Numbered from the stretch's first letter, positions 1-17,758 are shown. The stretch is 64,000 nt of DNA from the human T2T-CHM13v2.0 reference genome, Homo sapiens (GCF_009914755.1 NC_060942.1), one strand, 5' to 3'. Numbers and translations: made by a program. Notes: generated by a model not told the origin, from the sequence alone.

Positions 1-1010
1 GCTAATAGCAATTCATCGACATAACAAGCAATTTTTACTCAAATGTTCTTTATTGTCTCAAAGTGATTTCTGTACAGTCGATTTAGTTAAATTGGGATTC
101 AAACAAGATCCCCACTACTTTGATCAATATATATCCTAAAAATCCGTAAATCTTCTCTCCCTTTTTATGGTTTTTGTATTCTTGAAAAATTAGGTCATAT
201 GCCCCATGGAATCTCTCACATTTTTTGTTTGGTTTATTGCATTCTCACAGTGCCAATTCAAGACAAATGACATATTTCACTATCTTCTACATTTGCTATA
301 AACTGATAGTTGGATTTCAGAATTGCTTTCCTTTCAATATAGCATATTAAACTGCAACATATCAGAAATCATGAGATGTCTCTTGTCCCGGTCTTACTGA
401 TGGTATGATTAGTCAATGGATGTGGGAACTGTGAGCTTGATGTATATTGGTCTGATGGATTTAGCAATCACTTAGGACCTTGACTAGATGGACTATTTCA
501 TTTGTTATAATTGAGTGATTTTATAATTATAGTTTTATCATGTTGTTATTTCTTCACTTATAACTGGACTTTTTCTACAAAGCCAGCTTTCCCTACCCAC
601 TATCTAATAACCCCAAAATAAAGAGTATAAGTAAAGGGTTGAATAAACATTTGATTCTATTAATATCTTTTTATTTACCAGTTTCCAAAATAGTAAATCT
701 GAGCCCACTACGAAAGTAAAAATTAATTATCTTAATACCATTATAAACGGACGGTTTCTCATATATTTTGTGTTTTCTGATAAATTGCAGTTAATATTTT
801 AATTTTTTGTTCAAAATGCCTTATTTTACACCAACAAGAGGTGCTTCAAATTATCTCCTATTTCCTTATTCTAGCACCTATGGTGTTTGACATGTCCTTG
901 TTGCAGGCCTGACAATATGTTTTAGATTTACGTATTTCTTCCCCTGATTTTCAAGAGGCTGCTTTGTTCTTTGTGGTAAATAATATTTAGAGGCAAACAC
1001 GTTGGTGCCA
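1..1010 (-). mobile_element. Highly diverged L1MC-like 3' UTR fragment
   Basis: Resembles antisense L1MC4/5 3' UTR motifs (around 350-420 and 880-1010). Similar sequence occurs at 11700-13250 and 63500-64000. Boundaries are approximate. Confidence 0.4.
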
Positions 1011-1438
1011 GGAGTTCCTGAATGCAGCCAGACTCCTACCTCATAGGAATTTCAGATAAAATGTAGATCTAAACTCAAATGCTTCACATCAAAGATTCAA
1101 GAAGATAAATAAGAATATTTTATGACATTAAGGTAGGCAAACATGTCTTAAAGAGGAACAAGGATAGAGCTTAAAGAATGAGATTTATAGAATAGACTAC
1201 TTTATTTTTTTATTTTATTATTATTATACTTTAAGTTTTAGGGTACATGTGCACAATGTGCAGGTTAGTTACATATGTATACATGTGCCATGCTGGTGTG
1301 CTGCACCCATTAACTCATCATTTAGCATTAGGTATATCTCCTAAAGCTATCCCTCTCCCCTCCCCCCACCCCACAACAGTCCCCAGAGTGTGATGTTCCC
1401 CTTCCTGTGTCCATGTATTCTCATTGTTCAATTCCCAC

Positions 1439-3901
<2,463 letters not shown>

Positions 3902-5810
3902 TAAAATGCCAAACCTGTCTTCATCTAAAGACACAATAAAAGGATTGAAATTACACGGCTTACAATAGGAAAAGATATTCCCTGTTCCATATGACTGTCA
4001 AAAGGATTGTATCCAGATTGTATACATAATTCCAATAAATCAATCTGAATAATATAGACAAAAAATAGAACATGGATGAAGGGTTTGAAGAGCATGTGAT
4101 ATAAGAATGCATATTATATATATATTTATATTCATATATATTTATTTTTATATGAGTATAGTGAATAAGCCTGTGATGAGAATAAAAAAATTATTAGTCA
4201 TCAGAGAAATGCAAATTTTCAAAAAACATGAAAGACAACTATAGATCCAACCAGAATAGCTAACATTAAGAAGACTGATAATGCCACATTAGTAAAAATG
4301 AGGTGCCACACAATCTTTTATATTCTATTGGTGTGAGCATATATTGGTACATGAGTTTCAAAATGGTTTCATATTATCTTACAAAGCACCTATCTGTTGA
4401 ACTAGAATGAATTCCTGGGAACACATTCAACAGAAATATACATGCATGAGAAGACATGTACTAGGATGTTGACACCAGCATTATTCATATGCAGAAACAA
4501 TCCTGATGTTCACCAATGCCAGGATGGACAGTGTTTTATACTCTTGCAATAGACTAAAATATAGCAATGACATTCTATCAAGTATGAATACATACATCAA
4601 CACAAATGAAATTCTCAAACATAACATTTAAGGAGAAACACTAAGCACAATAACAGACACTGTATATAGAATACTAAATGCCAAAGTAACATGATGATGG
4701 AAGTGAAGGTTGGAGGTGGGGGTCATGTTAGAAGGCACATGAGGAACATGTCTGGGAGATGTCTATGTTCTGTTTCATCGTTTCAGTGGTCATAATTCTT
4801 CTAGATGTGGTATTTTATTTTGCCTATTCATTTGCTATTTGTTATGTCCTTAAATTTTAAAAAATACTTTGTCTATAGTTAAATTTGTATTTTTCTTTGT
4901 CACCATTATTTAAAAAATAAGTGCTATCATTCATTCAGCTGTATCTTAGTTTTATAGATTTTTATTTTACCATAAATGTAATACTTTTATATAAATACTA
5001 ATAAATCGATAAAGAAGTCAAGATAGCATACTTGTTCCCTGCCCCCTAATTCTTTTGTTGCTTCTTAGTAAAATATTTTGTACTTTGTCCATTATATAAT
5101 GCAATTAAATATTTACATAAATTCATGTTCCCTTGCTTTTCTACAAAGAGATGATATAATGTTCCATTCAACATCTTGGATTTTGTGGTTGTTTTTTGTT
5201 ATTGTTTTTATTTTTTACTTTGAAATATAGCTTGGAAGATTAGTCCCAGACTGTATATAAAAGACATCATAATTTCTACATGCCACTGGAGGATTCTACC
5301 TGACTAATGTACCATAATTTATTGAGCTGGGCATGATTAATGAACATTTGTAAATTTGTTTGATATGCCTACAGATTTTATGAAATCTGATCAATAGGAA
5401 ATATATGATATCTTGTGGAATTTCTAGAAAATATTAATAACAATGAGAAAATAATTCATCTGAACATGTAAGACACAGCTAAAATACTTCTCGAGAAAAT
5501 TTTCAGATATAAATATTTATATCAAATAAACTTTATAATCATACAAAACAGTTTAAATATTAGGAAAAACATAAATACAACTAAAAGTATTGAAAGCTTA
5601 AATTAATCAGTATAAATGCAGTAATCGTGAGTTACAAAGTCAAAAAATGTTTATTATATATATATTTACAAATATTCATTAGTAAAATTGTCTCTTCTAT
5701 ACAATCTTTTCTGATTTTTCACGTCAATGGCATGCTAGCTTCAAACAAGTATTTGGAAACATTTCTTTGTACCCACTATGTTATGAAAGAGTATAAGTAG
5801 AATTAAAACC

Positions 5811-5925
5811 TAATTCATAAATGCTTCTCATAAAATTATGTGTATCTTTACATAATTCATAAAACTTCCTGGAAATTACACGGATCTTTACATAATTCAT
5901 AAAACTTCCTGTAAACTATGTGGAT
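5811..5925. repeat. 40-bp tandem repeat, two near-identical copies plus one degenerate copy
   Basis: atctttacataattcataaaacttcctg at 5844 and 5884. Degenerate taattcataaatgcttc at 5811. Confidence 0.85.
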
Positions 5926-6405
5926 GTGATGCTTTTATTTGGTTTGCTTTGATTTGCAGACTATTATGAAATTTGCTTTATGGAAATTATTTTTTAAAGC
6001 TTTCTCATTCTATTGGGATTCATTTTGAAATGTAATATATTCATACCACAGTGTTATTTCACCTATGTATTCACATGAATTTGCATACCCTTGTTCAACG
6101 AAGTATCTAATGATCCCCTCTGCTTTTTTTTTGTGGCGGGGGGGTTATTTCCCCCTTACCAGTTCTTTGGTGTGTGTATATTTGCAGGATTTTTGCCCCT
6201 TTCTCAAAATTTTTTTAAACGTTAGGAAATAATATGTTTATTTTGTTAATTTTTGGAGTCATTTATTCGTAATTAGTTCAAATTAATATTTTCTTTTTGT
6301 TCATAATATTAAATTACTCAATCATCTAAAGACCTAAAAAACAGCCGTCAAAAACAAAACAAAACAATAGAATATACTCGTGTTCTTTTCTTTAAAGTGA
6401 CTTTG

Positions 6406-6758
<353 letters not shown>

Positions 6759-7825
6759 TCAATATCAACTATATTTTTCTTTTTTGTCTTAACATTGGCC
6801 ATTTATGGGGTTTTTTTTTAGAGTTTTATGGTATGTCTTTTCAAAAATACATTTATGTCTTCCTTAGTTTTAGAAATTTTAATATAATCATTTACTACTT
6901 TTTATATTTTTTTGTTTTCTTATTTTACATTGATCATCATATCTTACATATATATATATTTTCTTTTGAGTCCTTTACATATTTTTCTTTACTTCAAAAC
7001 ATTTTATTTGACCTTTTTCCTTTCAACCTCATTTTCTCTTACTGCAGTATTTATGGTTTGTTCATTTTAGGTTCACATAAAATACTAATTCTTTAAAAAT
7101 ACCTTATTTTTTTCTGTGCATTTTCAGCTCATTTTTATATCCTTATTTTCTCAGGTCATATAATATTTGAGCTTTCTTCATTCTGATTTATGCTATTTTT
7201 ATAGCTCCTACCACTGTTTCAAATGTTCATCTTATATTGAAATAGTATCATTTTTACTTTTCAAGACAGCATTTATTAAATTAGATGGGCGTAGGGAAAT
7301 ACCCAGCAATCAAAAGAGTATTTGGATTGATATTGGATCTGATACTGTTACTTGGTGACTTTAAACATCAGTGATGCTCCCCAGTTGTAGTAAACGTTTC
7401 TCAAGGCCAAGGGATCAAGAAGTTATTGGCCTAAGTACATCTTCAAGTAAGTTCAATGAGTCTTCAGACCTAATTTATGTTTATTTGCCACATTCTCAAG
7501 CATAATTAGGGCAGATATGCCTAGACGCTGACTAAACACTCCAATTGATTCACAAAAAGTAGATGACATTTTGGTAAGAAGAGCAAAATTCAACCTTCCC
7601 CCATGCAATTTTTCCCAATTTCCAGGGAGAAGACACTACAGTAGAATCAGTATTACATCGAGTGGAAATGCAGAGATTAGTGGAACATTGATTACTTAGA
7701 GATTGCAAGCTTTCTAATCCTCCTACTATCCCTGCTCAAGTCGCCTGCATAACTGCTAAGAAACCCAGACGGTTATTGTAAAATAAGACAGGACTACCAC
7801 GTATTTAACTAAGTGGTAGCTCTTA

Positions 7826-8117
<292 letters not shown>

Positions 8118-8164
8118 GAGAGTTCTTAATCAATTTTCATTTTCTTGGAATGGACAGTTTTACC

Positions 8165-8271
8165 TAGGATATCCAAACACCTCTGTTTGCCTGGGACTCA
8201 GGGTTTCCATGACATAGAACTTTCAGTCCTAAAACCAGGAATATCTTGGACAAGCTGAAACAGTTATCCTA
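8165..8271. mobile_element. MER81-like hAT-Blackjack MITE
   Basis: taggata...tatccta inverted termini. Internal gtttgcctgggactcagggtttcc..actttcagtcctaaaacc matches recalled MER81. Confidence 0.65.
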
Positions 8272-10448
8272 GCTGTACTCATTGGTGACCTTGATGAGTT
8301 ATTTTAATTCTCATGTTTTCTGTAATAATATATTCTTTTTTTAAAAACTTGATTGTCATTCTATAACTAATGCACAATAAAGTTGGATACTGTAGGGGCT
8401 CTCAGGCAAGACCCAGTAAGAAAGTCACAGTGAAGATCCTCAAGTGTTTCTGAGCAAGACCATGTCTTCTGTGGCATAGAACTACTTGTGATGAAAAACA
8501 GTTGAGGTCATGCTTCTTGGCATTACTAATAACTGTGCAGCTAACAATGGGTCACCAAGTGTCTACACTCATCCATCATTTGCTGAATGTGGTTATAGAC
8601 AACAACTCAGATGCTTTGAGGAGATGGAACTTAAACACTGTATGAGGGGAAAGGTATATTTGATGTGAAACCTGGGCAATTCCAGAAGTTACAAGAAAGC
8701 TACATGAAAAGGAAGCATACAGAATGACATCTATCAGTTTTGTATTGATATTTCTAACCCTGCTGGCATCTGTGGCATTATGGTAGTTCCTACAGTGTAC
8801 TGAGAGAGGAGAGTTTGTATCAGGTATGATTCACAGATGCATGGATGTCATTTTTTTGTGTTAGCAAAATCATGAACTGATTCTGCACTACGGCTTAACT
8901 CATGAGTGGCTCTAAATAATAAAAGGGAAATAACTCTTCCTGAGAAATGTTCCAAGCTGTGAACATGATTACCGACACTGTTATCAAGAGACATGATCTG
9001 AGATAAGAATATAACTGGTATTGTGACCTATGAAGAACTATTTTGTTGTGACTTTAAAAGAGTAAGATTTGAAAAACGAGGGACACTGATGTCAGAGAAA
9101 GAGGTGTGTGGATAAACATACGGGAGTGTACAGGGAATGGAAAGGTCACATGAATGCCCAGTCTCCTAGGAGGCATTCAGTTACCAGATTTTCTAGGTGA
9201 GTCCATGGTGGATGTCATTCAGAGCTTTCTTTGGCTTCCAATGCTGTGTCAAGGGCCCATGCATGACGTGGCCATGGTAGCTACAGTGAATGTTATTCAA
9301 GGGAGTAGCAGCACAGACGTCCTTTCAGGAAGAGCCATCTAACCAATGTGAATGCTATATCCCAATAGCAGTAGTGATCACCCTGAGACCTGAAAGGGCA
9401 CCGTCCCTGAGGGAGACCATCTTACCACTTAATGCTGGATTGATCACAGCACACTTTTTTTTTCCACATGGAAAGGGGGAACTTACAGTAAATGGTAGCC
9501 AATATTTTGGATCCTGCAAATAGTTCCACTGAAAAATAAACTCATTTTAGGTTAACATATTCCACAATTGGCACATGGCTGTGTGCTGAGACTACAGCAT
9601 TGGAATGCATCAAACATGGTACATATAAGATCAATGTACTGAATGTGCCAGAGTGAAAGCATCATGAAGTCCTGGCATGCTATCCTCCAGCATGTGGTGT
9701 ATGTGCTGAACCAAAGGGTAAGTATGCTGCTATAATCCCAAGATTTTTATTAATATTTTAGCTAAACTATACAGAACAGAAAACAAAGATGGAGGAAAGT
9801 ATTGACCCCTTTCACCACTGCTCCTATCAACTTATTGCAAATGTGTTTTCATCCCTTCACCCTAGACTTTGGTGAGTTGTATATTCTGGGTATGAATGCT
9901 TCTACAAAGGGACACAATGAGTGTTTGGCTGTACCTAAAGTTATGATTCCCACATAGACGATTCTAGGAACTCATATTGGCAGACTAACAGGCAAAGGAA
10001 AAAGGTACCACGGTGGTACAGAAATCAGTATTGAACATTATGAGGAACTAGGGCGTCTGCTTCAAAATGAGGCAAGGGAGAGGATCTGGTATGAGGAGCA
10101 TATTAGAACATGTCTTGGTGTCTCCATGCTTGGTGATGATCACAATATTTGCTGACCAACGATTACATAAACAAATCTCAGCCATCTTTGGGAGAAAGGT
10201 CTAGTTCACTCACACAGGAAAGCATCCCAGAACAGCAGCAGGTCAGCCATGGTGGTGGAGGAAGGAGTTAGATGTTGGTCATTGGTTATAATTTCTGGGC
10301 CAATTGCAACAATGCAGACTATAGTTTGTCCCAACAACCATTCTCCCCCTTTTTTCTTTCAGTTGTTGAGACTAGCACTGATTCAAAGAGCTAGGGAGAG
10401 AGTAGACTTAGAAAGCATAAACGGACACGAACAGTGCAGGGTGGGAGG

Positions 10449-10950
10449 TACAGAGGAGAGTTTACAGCAGCAAACACCACGTTCCTTTAACCCCACTGAT
10501 TCTGGCACAACTATGCTTGATAAGGCCCTCCACTTCTGTCCTCTCTTCAAGCATGCATTGTAGCTTTTTAACTGTTATAATTTTGTTGAAGATGCAGAAT
10601 GTTGCTCAGCTGCATATTTGCAACATGAAAGTTCACGGCAGTAAAGGCAGCTGGAGGTACCCCTCAACCAAGGATGGCAGAAAATGATGAATACATACTC
10701 ACCTCCTTTCTCTAGAGGAACAATTTTGAGACAATTTTTCCACAGTTCCTCAGAGACTTTCGAATGGGATTGAATTCCAGTTGCCCACAGTGGATATCAG
10801 GGTAGTAATACACTCTTTGATTGGCTTTTCTGCCCCACTATCTTATTTCTCTATACTCTTGTTTCTAGGACTTGAAGTGCCGCCTGAAGAGACAACTTGC
10901 ATCCAAGTCTTTGTTCCTTGTATTCTTTCACATTACCCCAAACCAAGTCA
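10449..10950 (+). mobile_element. LTR16-like 3' LTR (ERVL)
   Basis: gggattgaattccagttgcccacagtgg and attggcttttctgcccc motifs. Ends ccaaaccaagtca and directly follows the ERVL internal region and PPT. Confidence 0.7.
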
Positions 10951-11699
10951 AGGTTTTTTACATATCATTCCCTCTCTAAGAAATTTCTTCATCCTTTTTT
11001 TCTCCAACTGGCTTCATCACAGCTTAAATGATACTTCTTCAAAAAATCTTTCCAAAAAATAGTACCACAGAATCCTGAAACATTGCTCCACATTTTTTTT
11101 TTGCTTAAAAAAAAAGAGAAAACCTAACTTAAAAAGTATTTTCTGTTAAGAATGTTTAAAAATGTTTGTGTTTTGATTTCCCTATATCTTAAACTGCTTG
11201 TATAATATATTGTAACGCTCTATGAAATTTATTAAATAAGTGACTAAATGTGAGTGAAGGAACAAATATTTTAGACATATACAATATGTGTGGATCCACG
11301 TATTAGTTAATATTTACAAAAATATACAATGCTTATTTTTACAGTGTTATCTTACTCATAGATATTTTATATCCATGAATATGAATATACAGCATCATTT
11401 CAGTAGCTTCATTGAATGGCAGTGTATAAACATATAAAAATGCACTTACCTAAGTCATATCTTCAATTCCCAGCTTACTAAAAAATTGTAATGTTCTCAA
11501 TATTTTATGTAATAGAGTGCTGAGAAAAAAATAGTATACGTGCATTTTGTGTAATTGTATGCCTTACAATAAAGTACTTAATAAAGAATTGCTGAAATTA
11601 ATAGTGTTCATAGTTTAATCACACATTAATGATTTCCAAAAAAGAATTCAATAAAATTACTTAATAAAGTAAAATGGTACATATTCAAATGTGCTGGTT

Positions 11700-13253
11700 G
11701 AATACAATACAGTTATATTGTTGTTGGTTGTCTCAAAATGTGTTTTTCAATTCAAATTAGGATTCAAGCAGGTTATACAAAGAATAGTCAATTCTTAAAC
11801 CTCTTTCATTCAAAATTATTTTTTTTCTGCAAACATACACACACAAACACACAGACACACACAGTTGATTTGCTAGATAAGTTGGGGACATTTTTCCATT
11901 ACATTGTCTCACATTTTTACCTGGCTGATTGCTATCTCAGGTCATCCATTTAGTTCTTTTTCTATACTTTTAAGTCTTCTATCTTTCATAATCCTAGTGG
12001 CTGATTTAGATTCAGAATGGTTTAATTCAGTACAGAATAGCTCAAGCTGGTGTGGACTATTTTCCATTCCATCAGTTAGGTGTGCAATAATGTCTTACTA
12101 TTGTTATTTGATTCCAATGCTATGATGATTATTGGATTCAGATCATGTCAGTCTGATTCCCTCAATAGAAAATTCCCCATATAATTATATCTAAATGTTT
12201 TGTACCTAATCTTTGAGGATCATCATACAGATTTATGTTTCATTATTCATTGGGAAAATGGTGAATTTTCAATATTCTTAATCCTTTAAAATTTTTTGGA
12301 AATAGTCTATCTAGAAATCTTTCCCTAACCAAATACCTAGCTATTGAGAAGACGATATATACATAAAGACATGATAGATTCTTTAATATTTTATTTATCA
12401 ATTCTCAAGTAATGAGCTGGCAACTTAATGACTTTCAAAATAAGTAATGAGGTTGATAATATACCATGACTTGATCACTATGAAGTCATTATAATCTTCA
12501 GATAAACATATATCTGAGTGAACCCATTTCCCTTCATTTTTCTGAGGTTCAAATTTGCCATCATAGGACGATGGGAAACCCTTTAGGTGGGCTCTTGTGT
12601 GCTTTTAAGATGACCTATTAATCTATGTTCCCTTTCTTAATATTTTGCTCTGTAAGATGTTCCAGGATGATATGCCTCCCCATGAGAAAGTATGTTTTCA
12701 AACACCAGAAATATTTCAGCAGAAGATATTACCATGTAATTGATTTTGGTGAGAGCACTCACTTATCATTAAGTGTTGTTCTAGATGATCTGTAAAAAAA
12801 TTTGAAACTGAAATTCAAAGATTTTTAAATAAAAACATATTTCATAGTAAATAAAAATATGTTCCAAGTGCTTTTTCTAAATATCCGAGAGGAGAACTGG
12901 AAACAGACATTACTCCAAAGAGCCTTGGCTTTTATTACGTAGAATATAAACTGGAATTAATAATCTGATCACTAGTGATGCCCATTGCTATTGCTTATAT
13001 TTGCTTTTAAATGCATTTAGTGAACAGGATTAGAAAACTGATATTCTATGAGTTCACAAATTCAATTCAAAATTTCTAATTTAAGATTACAGGTTTTTTG
13101 TTTCAGGTTCCTTGATTTCATATATCTTTTATTTTTATACAGAAAATCTTGATGTTACTATTATCACTGTAGTTATTTACTTTTTAAAATATATATAATA
13201 ATGATTTCAGAGTAACAATAAACCTATTGAGTATATTTGAAAGTTTAATATTT
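11700..13253 (-). mobile_element. Diverged L1MC-like 3' region
   Basis: Antisense L1MC4/5-type motifs at ~12060-12170 and 12900-13140. Boundaries are approximate. Confidence 0.45.
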
Positions 13254-14354
13254 GTATCTGAGTTCTTTGCCCATTTTTAAATCGGGTCATTTTGTTTAAA
13301 TTAAGTTTAGGAGTTCCTTATATATGTTAGGAATTCCAGCAGGTATATCAAAAGATGCTCAACATTGTGAACCCTCAGGGAAATGCAAATCAAAATGATG
13401 ATGAGATGTCTGTCACCTCACACCTTAGATTCTTTTATGATGCCAATTATTTTAAAAGAAATATAACAAGTGCTGTTAAGGTTGTGGAGATATTTAACTT
13501 TGTATACTGTTGGTGGGAATGTAAAGTAGTGCAGCTACTATGGAAAACACTACCAAATGTTCCTCAATACTGTAGAAATGGAATTAACATATGATCCAGC
13601 AATCCCACTTTATGGTATATACTTAAAAGAACTGAAATCAGAATCTTGAAGAGTATCTACACTGCCACTGTTTATTGTGGCTTTATTTACAAAAGCCAAG
13701 ATAGGGAGCCACTAAATATCCATAAACATATGAGTGTATTAAAAACCAGTGTTGTATATACATATAATGAAATAGTATTTAGCCTTTAAAAAGAATGAAA
13801 TCCTACCATTTTGACAACATTAATAAGCCTGAAAAACATTTTGCTAAGTTAAATGAATGAGCCCCAGAAGGACACAAACTGCATGGTTCCTGCTATATGA
13901 GGATTCCAAAATACTCCGCTCTGCAGAAGCAGACAATAGAATGATGGTCACCAGAGGATGTTTATAAAGAATACAGGGATTTTTTCTTCAACGACTATGA
14001 AGTTACAGTTACATTACATAAGTAAGTTCCAGAGATCTTCTATACAACATAAGGCCTATTGTTAAAAATAAGATTTTTGTGTGCTTAAAAAAATTAAAAA
14101 ATTAAGAAGGTAGCTATCATTTTAAGTGTTCTTACTGAAAACAAACAACAAACAAAGGGAAACCAGAAAACCTTCAGAGGTGATGGTTCTGTTTATTATC
14201 TTGATTGCGGCAATGGTAAGGTATGTATGCATGTGTTCAAACTCATCAAATTGCATGCATTAAGTATGTGCAGTTTTTCATGTACCAATTATATTTTGAT
14301 AAATCATGTATCAATTACATTTTGATAATTTTGATAAATTACATTTTGATAAAG
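13254..14354 (+). mobile_element. L1MA10/L1MB1-like 3' end with a short inverted 5' segment (13254-13335)
   Basis: Sense ORF2 end and 3' UTR from 13336 (gggaaatgcaaatcaaaa; tggtgggaatgtaaa; ggaggtgatgg..actcatcaaattg). It is preceded by antisense gttctttgcccatttttaaatcggg. Confidence 0.75.
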
Positions 14355-14362
14355 CATCAATT

Positions 14363-14407
14363 TGTGTGTGTGTGCGTGTGTGTGTACGTATATACATACA
14401 TATATGC

Positions 14408-14464
<57 letters not shown>

Positions 14465-14478
14465 GAGAGAGAGAGAGA
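14363..14478. repeat. Compound microsatellite (TG)n(TA)n(GA)n
   Basis: Read directly from the sequence. Confidence 0.95.
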
Positions 14479-14637
14479 CTTAGAATTCCACAGGGAATTA
14501 CATCAAACATGTTCTGTTTAAAGTCCGTTGAATAAATTGCTTTCACTGTGTGTTTAAGTACAAACTTATTACAAGGTTAGATAATTTCTTTCAATTTTCT
14601 TTTAAACTACATATATTTATTTATTTTGAAACAGTGA

Positions 14638-14953
<316 letters not shown>

Positions 14954-16732
14954 ATTATAGAAGTAAATCACAGTAAATTAGGAACATTTAGTAGATCTAG
15001 TTTATTAAAATATGCCAGGAATAAATTAATTTCAAAGAGAATAGTAATATTGAATGGAATATAATGCTGTTCCCTTTTGTTTAGTGCAAGCAATAGCTAA
15101 TCTGATGTCATAAAAATATATCGAATGAAGAAGGAGAAATAAGAAAAAGGTAAACTGATTATTTAGAGTATTAAATAATTGATATATACACATTATATTT
15201 TACACATAAGCTTGTTATACAATATTTCCCTTTGGGTTGCTATTTGTTGCATGATATTTCAAATTTCAAAGAAATATTCACTCATAGGTACTACTAAATG
15301 TACCTGAAACAGCAGTTCACCTTCAAGGCAAAGACTTTTCATTTTGGAGCGTTAAGTGGTGCAGTAATGTCACAGACTTCTAGGAGTAAAGAAATCAATC
15401 AGTATCTTGGTTATATAGCAGAGGCACCCTGGGATTTATCTGACAAGTGATGAGATCTCAGCCATTTTTCCTGCTATTCCTCTGCAACTCTATTTAAACT
15501 CTTCAATAGGAAATCTGGCCAAATGCAGCAAAAAGAAGAGAAAGAGTAAGAAAAAAATAGAAGTCAAATGCTAAAAAATAAAAGTAACAATGCACGTGAA
15601 CTCTCTGACCTTAAATAAAAGGGGGAAAATGTACAAAGTATGGTGCTGAACAAAGCCTCACTGAAATAAAGAAAAAGTTTTGGTTTTGCTTTCTGTGCAC
15701 GCTGCTTAATATATCACATTTTACTATAGATACTATTTTTCGATATGTTCTTTATTTCACTGAAAGTTTATGTCCATAATCAGCTTCACCAAATGTTCTG
15801 CAGAATTTCCAAATCAACTAGGTATTACCCAAGAATAATCTAGTCATATATAAATTATATACTGTACTTGAAGATTTTGGAAATAAAATAAAATACATGC
15901 TCCAAAAAACTTACAAAGAATTAGAATTTTCAAAATATTAGACCAAGAACTATATTGAGAAAAATATTTACTCTCTTAATTTACCTTTCTTTAGCCAGGT
16001 GTAATTAACATTATACTATTTTGAAAATATTCAATATATTTTCAAGTTCTGTGAAATATGCAAAACGTTTAACATTTGAAAATATCTAATATCAGCACTA
16101 TATTAAAATATGTATTCTTATACAGTAAGTCTTTGGTCAAAAAGATATGAGATCAAGTTGTAATAAAGAACAAGGAAATAAAGGTAATGATTTTTTTCTT
16201 TTTCATTGAGATACATTACTTACAGTATAAGGCACAGATCTTAATTGTAAAATTCAATACATTTTACTTACTTATATACCATGGCACCACAAGTCAAATG
16301 ATGAAAATATTTCAAGCTTCCCAAAATACAGTTCCATACGTTTTCTGATCAACAGCCTCTCGATCATTCCATTACTGGTAAACATTGTTGGGATTTGTTT
16401 CACCATATGTAAGTATTGCCTGTTTTTGAATATCATATAAATGGAAACAATACTATGTAAAATACATCCATAGTATTGTATCAAACTTAAAATTCCTTAA
16501 GTTTCTTTATTATAAATAACAACTCTGGCTTCCTATTGGTCTTTACATAAAACGCTTTATTGAGATACAATTGGCATATGTTCCACCGTACAGTTTGGTA
16601 AGTGTTGACACATGAATACTGCTGTGGAACACTCACCAAAACCAAGGTGATGAACATGTTGATCACTCCCAAGAGTTTCATTTGCCTCCTTGTAATCATT
16701 TTTTGTCATTCTCCCAGACCGGCCTTCCTTCG

Positions 16733-17383
16733 TGTTAAATTTGGCCTAATGCTGCCTCTGTACTTTGAGCTCCTAAATAGCAAACTGCAGTCCAATTTAA
16801 GAGTATATTCTTGTAACAAATATCTGAGTCTCAGCCAATCACAGGCTGCCAACTGATCAGACCATGTCCATATAAGGCAAATGCAGAGCTGTCAAGTTGT
16901 TTCTAGGTATCGCTTTTTTCTTCTGTCTGTAAATATGGCTTGTCCACATTGCTGGGTGGAGATAGCTGAACCTCTCTTGGTTCTAAGGGATACCCAATTA
17001 CCCAATTTATCATTCTTTGCTCAAGTAAGCTCTGCTAAATTTAATTTGTTAAAAGTATTTCTTTGGCCAGGCGCGGTGGCTCGTGCCTGTTATCCCAGCA
17101 CTTTGGGAGGCCGAAGCAGGGGGATCACGAGGTCAGGAGATCCAGACCATCCTGGCTAACACGGTGAAAAACGTCTCTACTAAAAAAATACAAAAAAAAT
17201 TAGCCAGGCATGGTGGTGGGTGCCTATAGTTCCAGCTACTACTCAGGAGGCTGAGGCAGGAGAACGGTTGAACCCTGGAGGCGGAGCTTGCAGTGAGCTG
17301 ATATCGCGCCACTGCACTCCAGCCTGGGCGACAGAGCAAGACTCCATCTCAAAACAGACAAACAAAAAGTATTTATTTTAACA
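16733..17383 (+). mobile_element. MER57-family solo LTR (ERV1), interrupted by an Alu
   Basis: TG...CA termini (tgttaaatttggcctaatgctgcctc ... tttaaca). cagccaatcac and ttctttgctcaagtaagctctgctaaatttaatttg motifs. Confidence 0.75.
17065..17364 (+). mobile_element. Alu (AluY-like)
   Basis: gatcacgaggtcaggagatc, ctaacacggtg and ggagcttgc diagnostics. TSD aaaagtattt(c/a)ttt at 17051-17064 and 17365-17378. Confidence 0.95.
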
Positions 17384-17755
17384 CTAGGAAATCACTATCT
17401 GCTTCCTGGTATTATGGATAACTTTGCATTTTCTAGTATCTTACATAATTTAATCATACAGAATATCTACTTTTTGGGTATAGCATCAACGCTCAGTATC
17501 ATTACTTTGAGCTTCATACTTGCTGTTGTATTTATCCATAGTTTGTTACTTTTTATTATTGAGAAGTATTTCAATATTTTCATATACAAATAATTGTTTA
17601 CCCATTCCCCTACTGATGGACATTTGGGTTGCATTAAGTTTTTGACTATTGCAAATAAAGCTGCTTTGAATATTCACATACATGTTTCACAAGGACGTAT
17701 GCATTAATTTCTCCTGGGTAAACACCCAGGACTGGAATGACTGGGGCATAAGGAG

Positions 17756-17758
<3 letters not shown>

